Source: Bacteroidales bacterium (GTDB lineage: Bacteria > Bacteroidota > Bacteroidia > Bacteroidales > VadinHA17). From it: DNA of 64,000 nt. Position numbers and translations under genes: made by a program. The number at the start of each line of letters is the position of its first letter. Position 1 is the stretch's first letter. Location: assembly GCA_034679225.1 (NCBI GenBank), contig JAXDBC010000076.1:19941-83940 (forward strand). Direction: 5' to 3'. Of this stretch, positions 63,589 to 64,000 are shown one piece after another. Below the pieces are notes generated by a model. It had not been told where the DNA came from. It saw only the letters and a program-made list of their open reading frames with translations, and did not search any database.

Positions 63589-63989
63589 CTCAGGGCATAA
63601 GGCACAGGGCACAGAGCACAGGGCACAGGGCTCAGGGCGCAGGGCACAGGGCGCAGTGACAGGTCGTGCAAGTCTTGCAGGTCATGCAAGTCTTGCAGGT
63701 CGTGCTAATTGTACAAGACCTGCAAGACAGCAAGACACACTGCAAGACAAAGCGAAAGTTGCATCGGATGGATCCCTTTCTCCGGAGTGGGGGTGGGTTC
63801 TTGTAGAGCGAGAGTGAGGGAGAGAAGCAAGCCTTTTAGATATTCGGAACCATGTTATAACATTGTTATAACGTGTTTCGGGCTTTATTTCTGACAGCTA
63901 AACACATAGGAAGAGACCGCAGGACAATGTATTATGTATTATGTATTATAGGCGATGTATTATAGGCGATGTATTATAGGCGATGTATA
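63589..63989. repeat. Large mosaic intergenic repeat element running to the window end
   Basis: In order:
- 11 heptamers CNCAGGG (63589-63658)
- an 18-mer CAGGTCRTGCAAGTCTTG x2.5
- a 12-bp perfect hairpin (63690-63701 / 63717-63728)
- CAAGAC units
- the GTTGCATCGGATGGATCC...GGGGGTGGGTTCTTG module
- GTAGAGCGAGAGTGAGGGAG
- 2x GTTATAAC (63854-61, 63865-72)
- the anchor CTGACAGCTAAACACATAGGAAGAGAC (63891-63917)
- one CGCAGGAC
- ATGTATT x3 and a 14-mer ATAGGCGATGTATT x3 (63927-63989). Confidence 0.95.
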
Positions 63990-64000
63990 AACAATTAGCA

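Overview
This is a 64-kb chromosomal segment from a Bacteroidota-type genome. Supporting markers are a T9SS-sorted surface protein, a UpxY antiterminator, TAnnTTTG-type -7 promoter boxes, and DUF4251/DUF4197 families. I support about 53 protein genes and one tRNA-Val(GAC).

Gene content is mostly housekeeping and envelope functions. Housekeeping genes include ileS, dnaG, ribE, ubiX, ispD, lgt and a cobB-like sirtuin. Envelope and other loci are:
- an alpha-2-macroglobulin/PbpC pair next to an M6-like metalloprotease
- a sugar cluster with two ROK kinases
- a TetR-TolC-HlyD-ABC(x2)-ABC2(x2) efflux operon
- a LemA-DUF2207 pair
- an XRE/cupin regulator with an acyl-CoA synthetase

No integrase, transposase, CRISPR array or recognisable defence system is visible.

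The structure that genes do not explain is non-coding:
1. At least 11 intergenic loci carry mosaic elements. They are built from short-period tandem arrays (8-nt YGCAVGAC / GTCBTGCR, 7-nt CRCAGGG, and other 7/8/14/15/16/18-nt units) joined to conserved single-copy modules that recur shuffled and inverted. One locus brackets a four-helix-bundle (Avd/23S-IVS family) gene with oppositely oriented arrays.
2. A ~105-nt element occurs three times, each directly 5' of an unrelated + strand gene. It has an invariant CCCCGC-TTGA-GCGGGG hairpin and opens with an ATG that gives a 28-37 aa Cys/Tyr-rich ORF.
3. There is a candidate ~100-nt structured RNA with its own -7 box and a U-run.
4. Phased direct repeats typical of LytTR operators lie next to a membrane LytTR regulator.

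All functional readings of these non-coding elements are hypotheses. No searches or folding computations could be run.
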